Positions 43,701 through 58,460 of a stretch of 64,000 nt of DNA are shown here, piece after piece. Source of the DNA: Octopus vulgaris (Eukaryota). The stretch lies in NCBI GenBank assembly GCA_951406725.2, contig OX597821.1:103726001-103790000 (forward strand). Direction: 5' to 3'. Each line of letters starts with the position of its first letter. Position 1 is the stretch's first letter. Below the pieces are notes generated by a model that was not told the origin of the DNA, did no database searches, and worked only from the letters and a program-made list of their open reading frames with translations. A program made the translations under genes and the position numbers.

Positions 43701-44130
43701 AATAATGAGGGTTTCAAATTTTGCCACAAGGGCAGCCATTTTGGAGGAGGGAATGTGTCGATTACATCGACCCCAGTGTTCAACTGATACTTAATTTATC
43801 GACCCCGAAAGGATGAAACGCAAAGTCGACCTCGGCGGAATTTGAACTCAGAACGTAGCAACGGGCAAAATACTCCTAAGCATTTAACCCGTCTGATAAC
43901 CAGTCTGCTAGCTCGCCGCCTTAAATAATCCTTTCTATTGGAAGCACATGGCCTCAAATTTGGGGGATAGAATTAATTCGATTACATCGACCCCAGCGCA
44001 TAACTGGTATTTGTTTAATCGAACCAGAAAGGATGAAAGGCAAAGTCGACCTCGGCGGAATTTGGACTCACAACGTAACGGCAGACGAAATACGCATTTC
44101 GCCCGGCGTGCTAACGTTTCTGCCAGTAAT
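40798..44130. mobile_element. Dense cluster of about 12 SINE family B copies and fragments on both strands
   Basis: + copies at 40798-41010 (TSD ATTAAAGAAAACAAA), 41026-41260, 41261-41440, 43250-43365; - copies at 41510-41695, 42000-42213, 42240-42390, 42420-42631, 43385-43550, 43710-43922, 43930-44127. Confidence 0.88.
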
Positions 44131-45746
44131 AATAGTTTCTGATATAGATCAGCAATTACGTGGGAAGAGGTGATACGCTCAACCCAAGTATTTCATTGGC
44201 ACTTTATGTTATGGACTCGGAAAGGATGAAATGCAGATCTGACCTGGTGGGATTTGATCACAGAAATTATTGCGATGTAATGTTTTCAAAAGTAATTCTG
44301 CAAATCCACTGCTAACGTAATAATGTTTCTAGTTTAAGTATTAGAACAGAAATTGCAAATAGGAAATAAATAATTGATTAAAGTTTTAACTCAGTACTTG
44401 GCTATTTTTTTTTTAATTGGAACATAAACATTTATAGTCAAGGAATGTTTCGCACATCTGCAATAAAGGACACAATGAGAGTCTTGTCCCTTATATAGAA
44501 AAATATATGATGTTCAAAGCTTCAACGACCTTTATTGAATGCCTGTTACATTAAGGCTCATCTCTTACTTGGGTTAAACAACAAACGCAACGCCAGCAAT
44601 AGGCAGTTAATACAATGTAGGATAGTCAAAGCTGGAACATCCTTCCTTATATATCTGTTTCATTAAAGATGACCGTCGGTTAAACAATAATGACAGTTAT
44701 GTTCAGTGTTAATATGACAATGCTTTATAATCATGGTTGGAGCGTCTTTGATCATATGCTTGTCTCATCTATGATGAAAGAACAACGACACCGACGAGTA
44801 GTATTAAAAGGACAAGGATTCAGCGCCGGGTCTTTTCTTATGGAAGTGGTTACATCCGAAAATCGCATCTCCATTTACTAAGTGAAAATAAGTCGAATAA
44901 TTTGAGTGTTCCGTAAATATTTCTTACGCAGACACGAAGTCTCGCATTTTAAGATGGAAGCGTTTGGAAAGTTCGTAGAGTTTATATCCTACCGAATCTA
45001 AAACTAATTTCTTGTTATATTTACGGAGAATCTTTTGCAAAAATGTTAGCAGTCTCTTAAAAACAATTTGTAAACCGAAATGTTTCTCTTAAGTATAGGG
45101 GCCAAATTTTGAAAATGAACAATTCCTGCCTTCCTTGATCTTTTTAATACAAAAATCACCCAAAACTGGACCTTGGTTTCATGATACCAACTTCCAGTTT
45201 TAAAGTGAACTAAATTAAACAAAATTCTGTCTGTGAACAGGTCGCCGTCTCAAAGCGACGAAAGTATTTTGGCAAATTAAATTTAGATGTTGAAGTGAAT
45301 ATAAAAGTTTTTCTGTGTTTTTAAATGGCTTATAAACACCTCTCGCGCTGCAATTATTTTCGTTCAAACACAAGATCTCAGATCAGGTCACATGCTATGG
45401 AAGTACATCTCCGTAAATTAAAACATCCTATCGAAATTCTTTGGTAGATTCTTCCAGACACCAGCTTGTAAATTTCAAAGTTATTTTATTAAACTCTTCA
45501 TTATTTTCCAAGTCTGTATATTCCTGCAGAAATATACTAAAAAATAGGAGAAAAGTGATAAGAGCGCCAAAGAAATAAAATGAGTTTGTCAGGGAATCGA
45601 AAGTGAATCTTCCAAACAGTATATAAATACCAATTCTTAGTTGATCCTATTCTTTACAAAAGTCGTATACCTCTTCAAAGTATAGGCCTATAGTGAAACG
45701 TGTTCCGTTCTTGACCATCCGTTTTATTACTATTATTGTTATTATT

Positions 45747-46236
45747 GAGTGAGAGAAATGTGCATGCCATCTAAGTGACACTGGGATAAAATATACGAAG
45801 CCCAATATACCCATCGTGACTACCAGTCCGATAAGGGTACACAAGGTTCATGCATCACAACAATATGTGCACGACATCGTGATCTCATATCTTCAGGTCG
45901 GGTAGCCCATCCCGCTCAAATGGTCCTTCAATAAGGGTTCTTCAGGGATGTTGAACGAGACACCCATGTTTCCAGAGGTGAATTATTCAAACCCCAAAGA
46001 ATCACTCTCAACATATGGCTGTGATTCTCCTCCACTACTTCTGCTCCTAATCAGAGATGCACAAATTGTCAGCCACCAAAGGACACTCTCAACTGGTTAA
46101 GGTCAAACAACTGACAAAGCAAATCTGTGGTATATTTAAGAGATGAGGAATTATGTACATGATGTACATTATTTACATATGGCATAGTGGTTAAGAGCGC
46201 GGGCTACTAACCCCAATATTCCGAATTCTTTTCCAG

Positions 46237-46281
<45 letters not shown>

Positions 46282-46718
46282 TAATAATACTAATAATAAT
46301 AATAATATCGAAAAATATCTTAGGAATAAAATCCCAGGTTCCAAATTTCCCCAAGACACCTGATTAAGGCTGGAGGATATATCAGCCGAAACCTTGTGTT
46401 AACAACAAACAAGATGAGGACAAATATCCGTCAAATGTAAATAATGTAAATATCTGTGGTATTGAGCAGAATTATTATTATTATTATTATTATTATTCTT
46501 ATTATTATTATTATTATTATTATTTCTGAGTGAATTCATGTCATGAAAGTGACACAGCGGTACAATATACGAAGCCCATTTTACTCATCATGTTTACATG
46601 TCTGATAAGAGCACAACAGGAACATGCGTCACAAATATATGTGTGCAACATGCTGGTCACATATCAAGATAAACAGCACATGACCTTACAGATGGGGGCC
46701 CGTTTAGAGTTTTCTTCA
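45747..46718. mobile_element. Two partial family C elements (45747-46472, interrupted; 46528-46718)
   Basis: Collinear with 32833-33388; the first is split at ATCTGTGGTAT. Confidence 0.85.
46134..46451 (+). mobile_element. ~320-bp retroposed element: inverted 5' tag + tRNA-like head + (AAT)n + hammerhead motif + (AAATAATGT) tail, with 11-bp TSD
   Basis: ATCTGTGGTAT is duplicated at 46123-46133 and 46452-46462 (single in the uninterrupted host at ~33256). A box TGGCATAGTGG at 46180. Hammerhead at 46355-46400 has a mutated core (CTGATTA). Confidence 0.8.
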
Positions 46719-47084
46719 TTTCGGGCAGTCAAAAGGGATTGCAAACACAGCCAACACTACTATTTTTAAAGACGTTAAAAATGTGTGCCTTGTAAATGAA
46801 ATATGGGTGCTATATCTAGTAAAGGGAATGGCCACGAAAAAGTTCCATCATGTGGTGTAACACCAGAGAATTTAGCGGGAACTGAACAAGTTGTGGCTTC
46901 TAGATTCTTCGGTAAAACTTTAAATAACACAACTTAAGTGCAACTTAACTAAAACATCAATACAATAACGATTGTGGATTGATTGCTCTTCACAGTTGCT
47001 TATCTTTTATTCTTTTATTTTGGTTTTAAATGATTGTGGAGGACAGAAAATCTCGAATGGTACTTTCATAGCTTTTACGAGGTC

Positions 47085-47478
47085 ATTATACCTTTTACTT
47101 CACTGGACTGCGGCCATGCTGGGGCGTCGCATTGAAATGTTTTACTCTAGCAAAAGGACGCTAGTACGTACACTTTTGCGTCCGTTACTAATTCTATCGA
47201 TCTAATTTGCTAAATCGCTAAGTCACACGTACATAAAGAAAGTGACACCGGTTTTCAAGTGGTAGTAGAAGACAAACCCAAACACGCACACACACACATG
47301 CGTACGTGTTCTCACACTTTATACAACCGGCTTCTATACAATTTCTATCGACCAAATTCACTCACAAGGCATTGGACAACCCGTGGGTATAGTAAAAGAG
47401 GCTTCCCAAAGTCCCGAGCAATGTGACCAAACTCGAAATCGCACGATTTCAAAGCATGCTTCTTCACAACACAACTAC
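47085..47478 (-). mobile_element. SINE family A, diverged full length
   Basis: GACTGCGGCCATGCTGGGGC..ACCAAATTCACTCACAAGGC. Confidence 0.7.
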
Positions 47479-48014
47479 AACAGAGACTACGCGGGGAAAG
47501 AAATTGAGAATAATTCAGAGTAGGATTTAAAACCGTATCGCAACCTTAAGCAATGCGTTAGGAGATCACTCGTTCAAAGTCTGCGTCTGTAAGCAACGGA
47601 ACCGGAAATTTTATCGTAAAGAATTTCTCCTTTTTTCTCTCTGTCGCTGTTATATTTCGCGATGTAAACTGAAGTGAGATAGCTACGACTGGGAAGCGAA
47701 TCGAAGCCTGCATTGTTGCAGGTGAATTACGTTTGATTCACAGAACTTCAACGACAAAAGTAAAAAAAAAAATAATAACCAGAAAAAAAACGCCCAAAAA
47801 ATTCAAAAAGAAAAAACGAAAAAAGCCCAATTTCTCATCCAGATATAATAAAACATGAAATATCAAGTGGATTTCTACGTGGCCGCGTGGTGTGCTAGAA
47901 ATAGTAGCCATATATATCCCGCAAATCACAACCTTAGTGGCTTAAGAGAAGAAACTAAGGAGACATACTGGACATTGTATTCCAAGATAGACGCTGTCAT
48001 AAATAGCATAAATA

Positions 48015-48219
48015 ACGCTATCTAATTTTGATACAAGGGCAGCAATATTAGATTTAGGGGTCAGACTACATCAATCCTTGTAAATAACGGGTACATTATT
48101 TTATCTACCTGGAGGAATGAAAGGCAAAGTCGACCCCGGCAAATTTTGAATCCATAACGTACAGAACCGGAACAAATGCCGCTAGGCAATTTTGTTCGAT
48201 GCTCTAACGATTCTTCCAG

Positions 48220-48251
<32 letters not shown>

Positions 48252-48560
48252 TCTAGTAAGGCACAAAGCCTGAAATTTGTGGGAAGAGGACTAGTCGATT
48301 ACATCGATCCCAGTACGCACCGGTACTTAATTTATCGATCCCGAAAGGACAAAAGGCAAAGTCGACCTCGGCGGAATTTGAACTCTGAATGTAAAAACAG
48401 TCGAAATGCCGCTAAGTGTTTATCTCGGCTTTCATTTAAATTTTGGGAGAAGGCCAATAGTTTTGAGGGGAGGGGGACGAGACGATCACACCAATCCCAG
48501 TAGTGAACCCGTTGTATATGTTATTGACCTCTGAAAAAGGATAACGGTGAAAGTGATCCC
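48015..48560 (-). mobile_element. Three tandem SINE family B fragments
   Basis: Repeated AAGGCAAAGTCGACC.CGGC..TTTGAA motif. Confidence 0.8.
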
Positions 48561-48915
48561 GGCAGGGATAGAACGCACAAGGTAAAAAGCCGGAACTAAT
48601 GCCGCAAGACAATTTATCCGACACTGATGGTTTCATGATTTCGCCGCACAGAGTAAAAAAAACAAAACAACAACAACGTCGATATTTCTTACGGGGTTCG
48701 AACCACGTATCTTCCATTTACCAATCGACAATGTTTACCGATAATTTAACTACAAGAGATTCTGCAAACGAGAGAAATCTCACACACATTCGGAGCTGTT
48801 GGTGGTGTTGTTTAACCCCACGTCAGACAACACTGAGCAGACACTCATTCCAACTGCGGCCGTATAGTATATGTGTGTGGTGTGCATGCTTTATATACAT
48901 ATACATACATACATA

Positions 48916-48959
<44 letters not shown>

Positions 48960-49269
48960 CATATACACAGAGGAACAAACACGTACGTACATACACATAC
49001 ACACACACACATATGTATGTATGTATGTATGTATGAATGTATATATATATATGTGTGTGTGTGTGTGTATATATATATACATATGTGTGTGTATTCACTG
49101 CACTATCCACTCCAGCGTGTCGCACGCAAATTGTGAAGAAGCGTAACGTGTGATTCGAGGTAACTCAACTGCCATTTCTAGCATTTGCACCGACCATGTT
49201 ATGGCTGGCTCGATGGATCGATTTGCAAGAGTTTGAAAAAGTGATTTTTATCTGAGATAGATAAGGGCT

Positions 49270-49747
49270 GACAACAACGACAATGATGATGATAATGATG
49301 ATGATGATGATAATATGAATGTCTGACATGTGAGTTGGGCACGGTTGTTCCAACGACCCTGAAATTTCGACTTGTATTTCAACGTATTCCGAATGAAGTT
49401 CGTAACGTGAGGCATGAGGGTCCGGTACTTATCTTCTGTTTTACACGATGATGATGATGATGATGATAATGACGATGAGGATGACAACGGTGATAACAGT
49501 AATGAAGATGATGATGATGATGATGATGGTGGTGATGACGACGATGATGATAAAGATGATGTTGGAAGTATTCACGACGACGACGACGATGATGATGATG
49601 ATGATGGTGATGGCGAAAAAGAGGGAGAAAACAGTAAAAATAGTGACGACGGCGACGACGACGATCGACGATGTGCATTACGATGATGATGATGCTGATG
49701 TTATTGTCGATGCTGCTCCTGCTGCCGGTACGGATAGTGATGACGGC

Positions 49748-49780
<33 letters not shown>

Positions 49781-49839
49781 AGTAATGCTGATAAAACACG
49801 AGAATGATCACGATCGTTACATTTGAATTTTAGTGCAAA

Positions 49840-49920
<81 letters not shown>

Positions 49921-50184
49921 CACACATACATTCATATGAGTATATGAATAACAGGGTATGTGTGAATGTATGTTTTACACATATAGATGTGTGTGTGTGT
50001 GTGTGTGTGTGTGTATGCACATGTATGTGCGTGTATTTACAAGCGTAAAAATGTATGTGTGTATACATCCATACACGCGTACAGGTTCAGAAATCTATAT
50101 GAATGTAAATATTTAAGTTACAATACACACATATACACAACACACACACAGAAACACACACACACACACATACACACGTGTGTT

Positions 50185-50220
<36 letters not shown>

Positions 50221-50364
50221 GGTGTGTGTCTATAAATATATATCTCTATCTCTGTATCTCTCTCTCTCTCTCAGTATATATATATATATATATAAATACA
50301 TATATATATACATACATACATATATATACTCATACTTATGTATAAAAAACAATTTATCTGTCTG

Positions 50365-50445
<81 letters not shown>

Positions 50446-50549
50446 TTATTTATCTGTTATACTTCAGACAACCACCAAGTAGAAAAGTATTTATATATAT
50501 TTATACTTATATATAATATGAAAGCAATATACAACTAAGATATATATAT

Positions 50550-50586
<37 letters not shown>

Positions 50587-50791
50587 CATATATATAAACA
50601 TATATATATATATACGTATATGAACGCTATACAAAGGTATGCCGGCAAAACGGCAATAACGCTGCATTAACGCATTGTAACAGTTTCCTTTAACAAAAAA
50701 CACACATTTAAAAGATAAATTTGAAAAACATGTGTGCTTACACTCACACACATATACATACACACACACGCAGAGAAACGCACACACGCAA

Positions 50792-50841
<50 letters not shown>

Positions 50842-51113
50842 TCACACACACTGAGAAAACATATTCATATACACACAGACACACGCTTACATATACTTAT
50901 GTAGATATTATATTATATTATACAAACTTACCGAGGACTGAGGCAGGTGTGAAACATTTGAAACAGATCATGAACAGGTAAAGCATTCCATAATTCCTTT
51001 TGTTTTGTAAAGTCGACAGCATTGTCGTCCGAAGTACAATGTGTGCGTGTGTGTATGTTTACACATACACACATACATATGCACTGATAGATAGAAGATC
51101 GCATATATATAAA

Positions 51114-51144
<31 letters not shown>

Positions 51145-51391
51145 CAAACGTGTGTGTATGCGTATGCACGTGTGTGTGTGTGTGTGTGAGAGAGAGTGTG
51201 AATGTGTATATTTCACTGAGTTCTACGTGTAACTTTCTGTTTAATCTTTGCTTTCGTGAAATGTATGTACGTATGTACGTATGTATGTATGTATGTACGC
51301 TTATATACTTACAACTTAATGTGAATGAACTGTTTGTGTTTGCTAGTATATATATATATATATATATATTTTATGTATGTATGTATGTATG

Positions 51392-51438
<47 letters not shown>

Positions 51439-51554
51439 ATATATGTACTATAAGTATAATCACGCGTGCAAAATTTCGCGTGTGCTTAAAATATCGACCT
51501 GTGCTCGTGTATATATATATATGTATGCGCGACTTACTCCTTTATAAAAACGTG

Positions 51555-51595
<41 letters not shown>

Positions 51596-51637
51596 TTTTA
51601 TATATTTATATATGTATATTTTATATTTATATATATT

Positions 51638-51674
<37 letters not shown>

Positions 51675-51984
51675 TTGTGTGTGTATGTATGTATTTATGG
51701 GTTTGGGCGATTGTGAATTGTATTGCTATATTTGCGTGTGTCTTTGTAAGTTAAGCCACATGTTTGTCTGCAAGTATCCTCTGAATTTGCACGGTGCATC
51801 TCTGCTGCATTTTTCCTCTATGCACGCCGCGCGTGTACAAATATTTTCGAAAATATGCGACTATGAAGTGTTAGCCTATGTGTATGTGTGTGTATGTGTG
51901 TGTATGTGTATGTGTGTGTTTTGTTACACATGTACCAAGACAGACATCTCTCAGCCTCTCTCTCTCTCTCTCTCTTTCTCTCTT

Positions 51985-52016
<32 letters not shown>

Positions 52017-52167
52017 GCTCTCTCTCTGTTACTCTATCTCTTTACTTGCTCATCACCATTCGGTCTCCCGATCTATCAATCCCTCGGCTTATTTTTTCCT
52101 CTCTGTCTGTCTATCTGTCTGTCTGTCTGTCGCTCAGAACGTATGTACAACTATTTTTCACTCTCTG

Positions 52168-52212
<45 letters not shown>

Positions 52213-52644
52213 TTTTCTATATAGCTGTCTGTCTATCTCTCCTTCTGTCTGTCTATCTCTCAATCATACTTTCACTCCGTTTTAGTTTTTATCTCTCTCT
52301 CTCTCTCGCTCTATCTCTGTATCTCTCTTTTTATCCCTATATTTCTATCTCTCTCTCTCTCTCTCTCCGTATCTCTCTTTATCTTTCTCTATATTTGTAT
52401 CTCTCTCTCTCTCTCTCTTTTTCACTGTCTTTATCTCTTTCGCTCTGTCTTTCTCCCGCTCTCTATCTCTTCTTTCTCTCCTGTTCTCTCTTTCTCTCCA
52501 CTCTTGTCTTCCAACTTTACCACATAAATATATAGATTTGTATTAATTTTGCTATATTTTATTAACACGTGCGAATGTATATGTATACATACCTATGTGT
52601 GTATATTACGCATGTGTGAGTATATATACATATTTGTGCATTTA

Positions 52645-52698
<54 letters not shown>

Positions 52699-52777
52699 TG
52701 TATATAGATAGATATATGAATGTATATAGATAGATAGATGTAAATATGTATTATGTGTATAACTTAAGCTATGAAGT

Positions 52778-52810
<33 letters not shown>

Positions 52811-52975
52811 GATATATATTATCTGTGTATGTGATTCTACACGCGCGTGTGTTTGCAGGTGTGTGTGTGTGCGTTCATATATGTTCGTGTCTGTGTTTTC
52901 TGGGATCCAAATTAATGATTCGAAACCGATTCTCATAAGACGGGCAATTAAATACGTACGTACGTATGTACGTAC

Positions 52976-53006
<31 letters not shown>

Positions 53007-53260
53007 TGTATGTATGTATGTATTAGTTTTTGTATGTATATATGTTATACTTTATGCTAAGGACCGGGTTGTTTTATCAGTGGTGGTCATGGTGATGGAA
53101 AATCTTTGTAACGCTCTCATCACGATATATGTACCTAAATGTATGAATGACTATATGACTGAATATCAGTATGTATATATGTATGTATGTATGTATGTAT
53201 GTTAGGATATATTTGTATTTATGTATTTATGTATGTTAGAATATATTTGTATTTATGTAT
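49270..53260. repeat. Microsatellite block: (GAT)n, (CA)n, (TA)n, (TATC)n, (CT)n, (TATG)n
   Basis: Directly visible. Confidence 0.9.
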
Positions 53261-53449
53261 GGATGTACTTGTGAAGCGCAAGGTGTGTATATGAAAGTGT
53301 AAACGGTAAACAAGGACCAAAATGGCTAAATAAATAAGAGGTTGTCTTTGGACGGTAACCGAAGGAGAAACCGTACAGCGCCACCAACCAAATCACCAAC
53401 CAGCCACGCACTTGCTTTTAAATATTGTGTTTTATATCACGGCAGAAGC

Positions 53450-53749
53450 TCAGCAGCAGCAGCAGCAGCAGCAACGGCTTGTAGCAGCAGCAGCAGCAGT
53501 TACAGAACCGGCAGCAGCAGCAGTGGTTGGAGCAATAGAATCATCATCATGAACATCATCATCATCATCATCATCGACATTATCATCGTTGTCGTCGCCG
53601 TCAACGGCGGCGGCAGTAGCGGCATTAGCATCAGGGGCAGCAGCAGCAACAGCAGCAGTAGCAGCAGTAGCAGCAGCGGCAGTAGTATCATTATCATCAG
53701 CATCATCATAGTCATCATCGGCGCCGGCGGCAACAGTAACATCAACATC

Positions 53750-53780
<31 letters not shown>

Positions 53781-54036
53781 CCATTATCATCACCACCATC
53801 ACCATCATCATCATCATCATCATCACCACCACCATCATCACCACCATCATCATCATCATCATCATCATCACCACCACCATCATCATCATCATCATCATCA
53901 CCACCACCATCATCATCATCATCATCATCATCACCACCACCATCATCACCACCACCATCATCATCATCATCATCATCACCACCACCATCATCATCATCAT
54001 CATCATCATCATCACCACCACCATCATCACCACCAC

Positions 54037-54071
<35 letters not shown>

Positions 54072-54100
54072 CCACCATCATCATCACCACCATCACCATC

Positions 54101-54173
<73 letters not shown>

Positions 54174-54264
54174 CCACCATCATCACCATCATCATCACCA
54201 CCATCACCATCATCATCATCATCATCATCACCACCACCATCATCATCATCATCATCATCACCAC

Positions 54265-54296
<32 letters not shown>

Positions 54297-54321
54297 CCAC
54301 CACCATCATCACCACCATCAC

Positions 54322-54389
<68 letters not shown>

Positions 54390-54393
54390 CCAC

Positions 54394-54425
<32 letters not shown>

Positions 54426-54469
54426 CCACCACCATCATCACCACCATCATCATCACCACCATCACCATC

Positions 54470-54539
<70 letters not shown>

Positions 54540-54627
54540 CCACCATCATCACCATCATCATCACCACCATCACCATCATCATCATCATCATCACCACCAC
54601 CATCATCATCATCATCATCATCACCAC

Positions 54628-54692
<65 letters not shown>

Positions 54693-54777
54693 CCACCACC
54701 ATCATCATCATCATCATCACCACCATCACATCATCATCACCACCATCACCACCATAATCATCATCATCATCATCACC

Positions 54778-54813
<36 letters not shown>

Positions 54814-55318
54814 TGCAGCGAGTACCCGCCACCACCGACCCCACACCGACCCCCCACCATTAGAGAGAAAAAAAAGTAAAAGAACTAATAAATAAATAAA
54901 TAAATAAATAAATCTCCGCCCTCCCCCCCCCCCCCCCTCGCCACCTCACCTTGCCAGCCGACACTTGCAAGTTGCTGCATCAGCCACCACGCCCACCAAC
55001 GCCACCAGCACCAGCACCACCACCACCACCACCACCACAAACACTACCGCCAACACCGCCAACACCGCCAGCGACATCACCGTATAAACAATTACCGCCA
55101 CCACCACCACCACCACAACCAACAACAACAACCACTGCAACAGCAAGAACAACAAAACAATTATACTATTAGTACTACTACTACTACTACTACTACTACT
55201 AAACAAAACAACCACCGGCATCCCGATACTACTACTAATACTACGACTACTACCACTACTTACTATGGCTGCTGCTGCTGCTGCTGCTGCTGCTGATACC
55301 AATAAAAACAACAAACAG

Positions 55319-55368
<50 letters not shown>

Positions 55369-55559
55369 CAACTACCCGCCGCGTCCGCCGCCATCACGAC
55401 CACTTAAACAACCACAACAAGCAGGACAACAACAACAACAACAACAGTTAGTTACTACCACTACTGATGAAATAACCACCGGTGTCCCAATACTACGGCC
55501 TGTACTACTACAACTACTACTACTACCACAACCATAATAACATATACTGCTGCTGCTGT

Positions 55560-55601
<42 letters not shown>

Positions 55602-55975
55602 GACTACTACTGCTGCTGCTACTACTATTACTACTACTGCTGCTACTGCTGCTGCTACTACTACTACCACAACCATAATAACATATACTGCTGCTGCTGT
55701 TACTACTACTACTACTACTACTACTACGACTACTACTGCTGCTACTACTATTACTACTACTGCTGCTACTGCTGCTGCTACTACTACTGCTACTACTACT
55801 ACTACTGCTACTACTACTACTGCTACTACTACTACTAAAATAACGACCGGCTACCCGTTACTACTATGAACAATAAAAACAATTGCCACCATCACCACCA
55901 CAACCGTCACCCCCACCATCACCATAACAATAACAACTACCGCTATTACTACTGCTACTATTTCTTCTACTACTA

Positions 55976-56053
<78 letters not shown>

Positions 56054-56261
56054 TTGCTACTACTACTACTACTACTGCTGCTACTACTACAACTACATAG
56101 ACCAACCCCAGCACTATCAGAAGTACTACAATAACTATTGCTATCAACAACCACAACCACCACCACCACCACCAACACCAACACCAACACCAACACCACT
56201 ATCGCCTCCACCATCACAACCAGCACTGCCACCATCAAAGACCTAGTGACGACACCCACCG

Positions 56262-56306
<45 letters not shown>

Positions 56307-56335
56307 ACTACTACTAAGAAGAACAACAACAACAC
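53450..56335. repeat. ~2.9-kb compound trinucleotide repeat region ((CAG),(CAT/CAC),(CAA),(TAC),(TGC)) with higher-order duplications
   Basis: Near-pure (CAY)n at 53746-54729; a ~140-bp block duplicated at ~55515 and ~55657. Confidence 0.95.
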
Positions 56336-56616
56336 CCGATAGCAATAAACAGTAATAACAACGCGGAACCTGTATGTGGACGGGTGACCTGCTAAAAATA
56401 GCAAGCAAATCCTGCTTAAATCACAAGCAGCGGGGCTTTGTAGAATGAGTGTAGTATGCGTAAAAAAAAAAAGGCGGGATGATCTCGGGTGGCGCGCTGT
56501 TTACCATAGGCCTTCCATTATTTATGCAGTTATTTTGAGTTTAGGACCTGATTGCGGGTTAAACCAGAACATCAAGGGAGCTGTTGCGTTTATTTCCGTT
56601 GATGATGATGATGGTG

Positions 56617-56853
56617 ACGGTGAGCTGGCAGAATCGTTAGCACGCCGGGCGAAATGCTTAGCGGTATTTCGTCTACCGTTACGTTCTGAGTTCAAATTCC
56701 GCCGAGGTCGACTTTGCCTTTCATCCTTTCGGGCTCGATAAATTAAGTACCAGTTACAGACTGGGGTAGATATAAATCGACTTAATAATCCTTTTGTCTG
56801 TCCTTGTTTGTCCCCTCTATGTTTAGGCTCTTCCCTCTGTGGGAAATACAGAA
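56617..56853 (+). mobile_element. SINE family B, full length, inserted in (GAT)n
   Basis: GGTGAGCTGGCAGAATCGTTAGCACGCCGGGCGAAATGCTTAGCGG..GAGGTCGACTTTGCCTTTCATCC. Confidence 0.93.
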
Positions 56854-57065
56854 ATTAATGATGATGACGGCGATGATGTTGATTATGATGGCGATGATGA
56901 TCATGATGTCAATGATAATCATGATCATTGATGATGGTAGTGACGGTGATAATGATGATGATAAAGTTAATGATGTTGATGATGATGGTGGCGATGAAGA
57001 CAATGATGATGATGATGATGCCGGAATATGAAATCTGGTTACTGATATTTGTCGTATTAAAGTTC

Positions 57066-58460
57066 CGAGCTGGCAGAATCGTTAGCACACCGGGCAAAAT
57101 GTTTAGCGGCATTTCATCTGACTTTATGTTTATGGATTCGAATTCCACCTTTGTCGACTTTGCCATTTATTCGATTTTGGTGGGGGTGGGGTCGATAAAA
57201 TAAGTACCAGTTGTGAACTGGGATCGATGTCATTCACGAGTCTCTCCCACAAAATTTCAAGTCTTCTGTATGCCTTATTAGTATTATATTTTATTTGTTT
57301 GATTGAGTCACTAGACTGCGGCCATGCTGGGGCGTCACCTTGGACAACTTTTGCCAAATGAATGGACACCAGTGCTTACTTTTTTCTTCAGACTTTTTTT
57401 AGCTGACCTTTAAATCACGAGAATGTAAACACACAAACACCGGTTAGCAAGCGGTGCCGGGGGACAAACACAAATATAAAGACACACAGTTGCACACACG
57501 CATACGTAAGCACACACACACACACACATATATATATACATACACATACACGAGGCTTCTTTCAGTTTCCGTTTACCAAATCCACTCACAAGGTTTTGGT
57601 CAGCTCGAGGGGCTACAGTACAACACACTTACCCAAGGTGACATGCACTAGGACTGAACCCGGAGTCAAGTCGTTGGGAACCAAGGTCCTTACACCAGAT
57701 CCACATTTTTTCCTGTGATTGCTGCTGTTGATTATTTAATCCAAGTTCAATCTTAATCGAGCAGATCATTAATCTCAAGCATTCCGTCCATGACCCTCCA
57801 GTCGTTTCTCTAAGTGCAGTGAATCCAACATGATCTCAACCATTGCCATCGTTTTATTTTTAACGCCAGCCTATGACATATGACGCAATGGTTGTCTTCT
57901 TGTTCTTGATTATGACAATGGTAATATTGATGATAATTCATTATATTATAGGCACCAGGCCTGCAATGTTTGGGTAGGGGACAAGCCGACTGCATCGATC
58001 CCAGCATTCTATTGATACTTAATTTATCGACTCCAAAAGGTTGAAAGGCAAACTCGACCTCAGCGGAATTTGAACTTAGAACATACTTTTCTACTCTTGG
58101 CACTAGGTTCGAAATTTTGGGGGAGGAGGCCAGTCGATTAGACCGACACCAGTACGCAACTGGTACTTAATTTATCAACCCCGAAAGGATGAAAGATAAA
58201 GGAGACCTCAGTGGAATTTGAACTCAGAACGTAGCGACAGGCGAAGTGGCTAAACATAGAGGGGACAAACAAGGACAGACAAACGGACTAAGTCGATTAC
58301 ATCGACCCCCAGTGCGTTACTGGTACTTAATTTATCGACCCCGAAAGGGTGAAAGGCAAAGTCGACCTCGGCGGAATTTGAACTCAGAACGTAACGGTAG
58401 ACGAAATATGGCTACGCATTTAGCCCAGCGTGCTAACGATTCTGCCAGCTCGCCGTCTTA
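57066..58460. mobile_element. SINE cluster: family B (+57066-57265), family A (-57290-57700), stacked family B (-57950-58460)
   Basis: Diagnostic motifs of each family as above. Confidence 0.85.

Noticed and set aside
49414-49807. Asp-rich ORF resembling acidic biomineralisation proteins
   Set aside because: Degenerate (GAT)n tract like others in the window; no signal peptide or exon boundaries.
53342-54846. Longest ORFs (471 aa Ile/Thr-rich on +, 448 aa Met/Val-rich on -)
   Set aside because: Translations of a trinucleotide array that lacks stops by composition; no domain or splice evidence.
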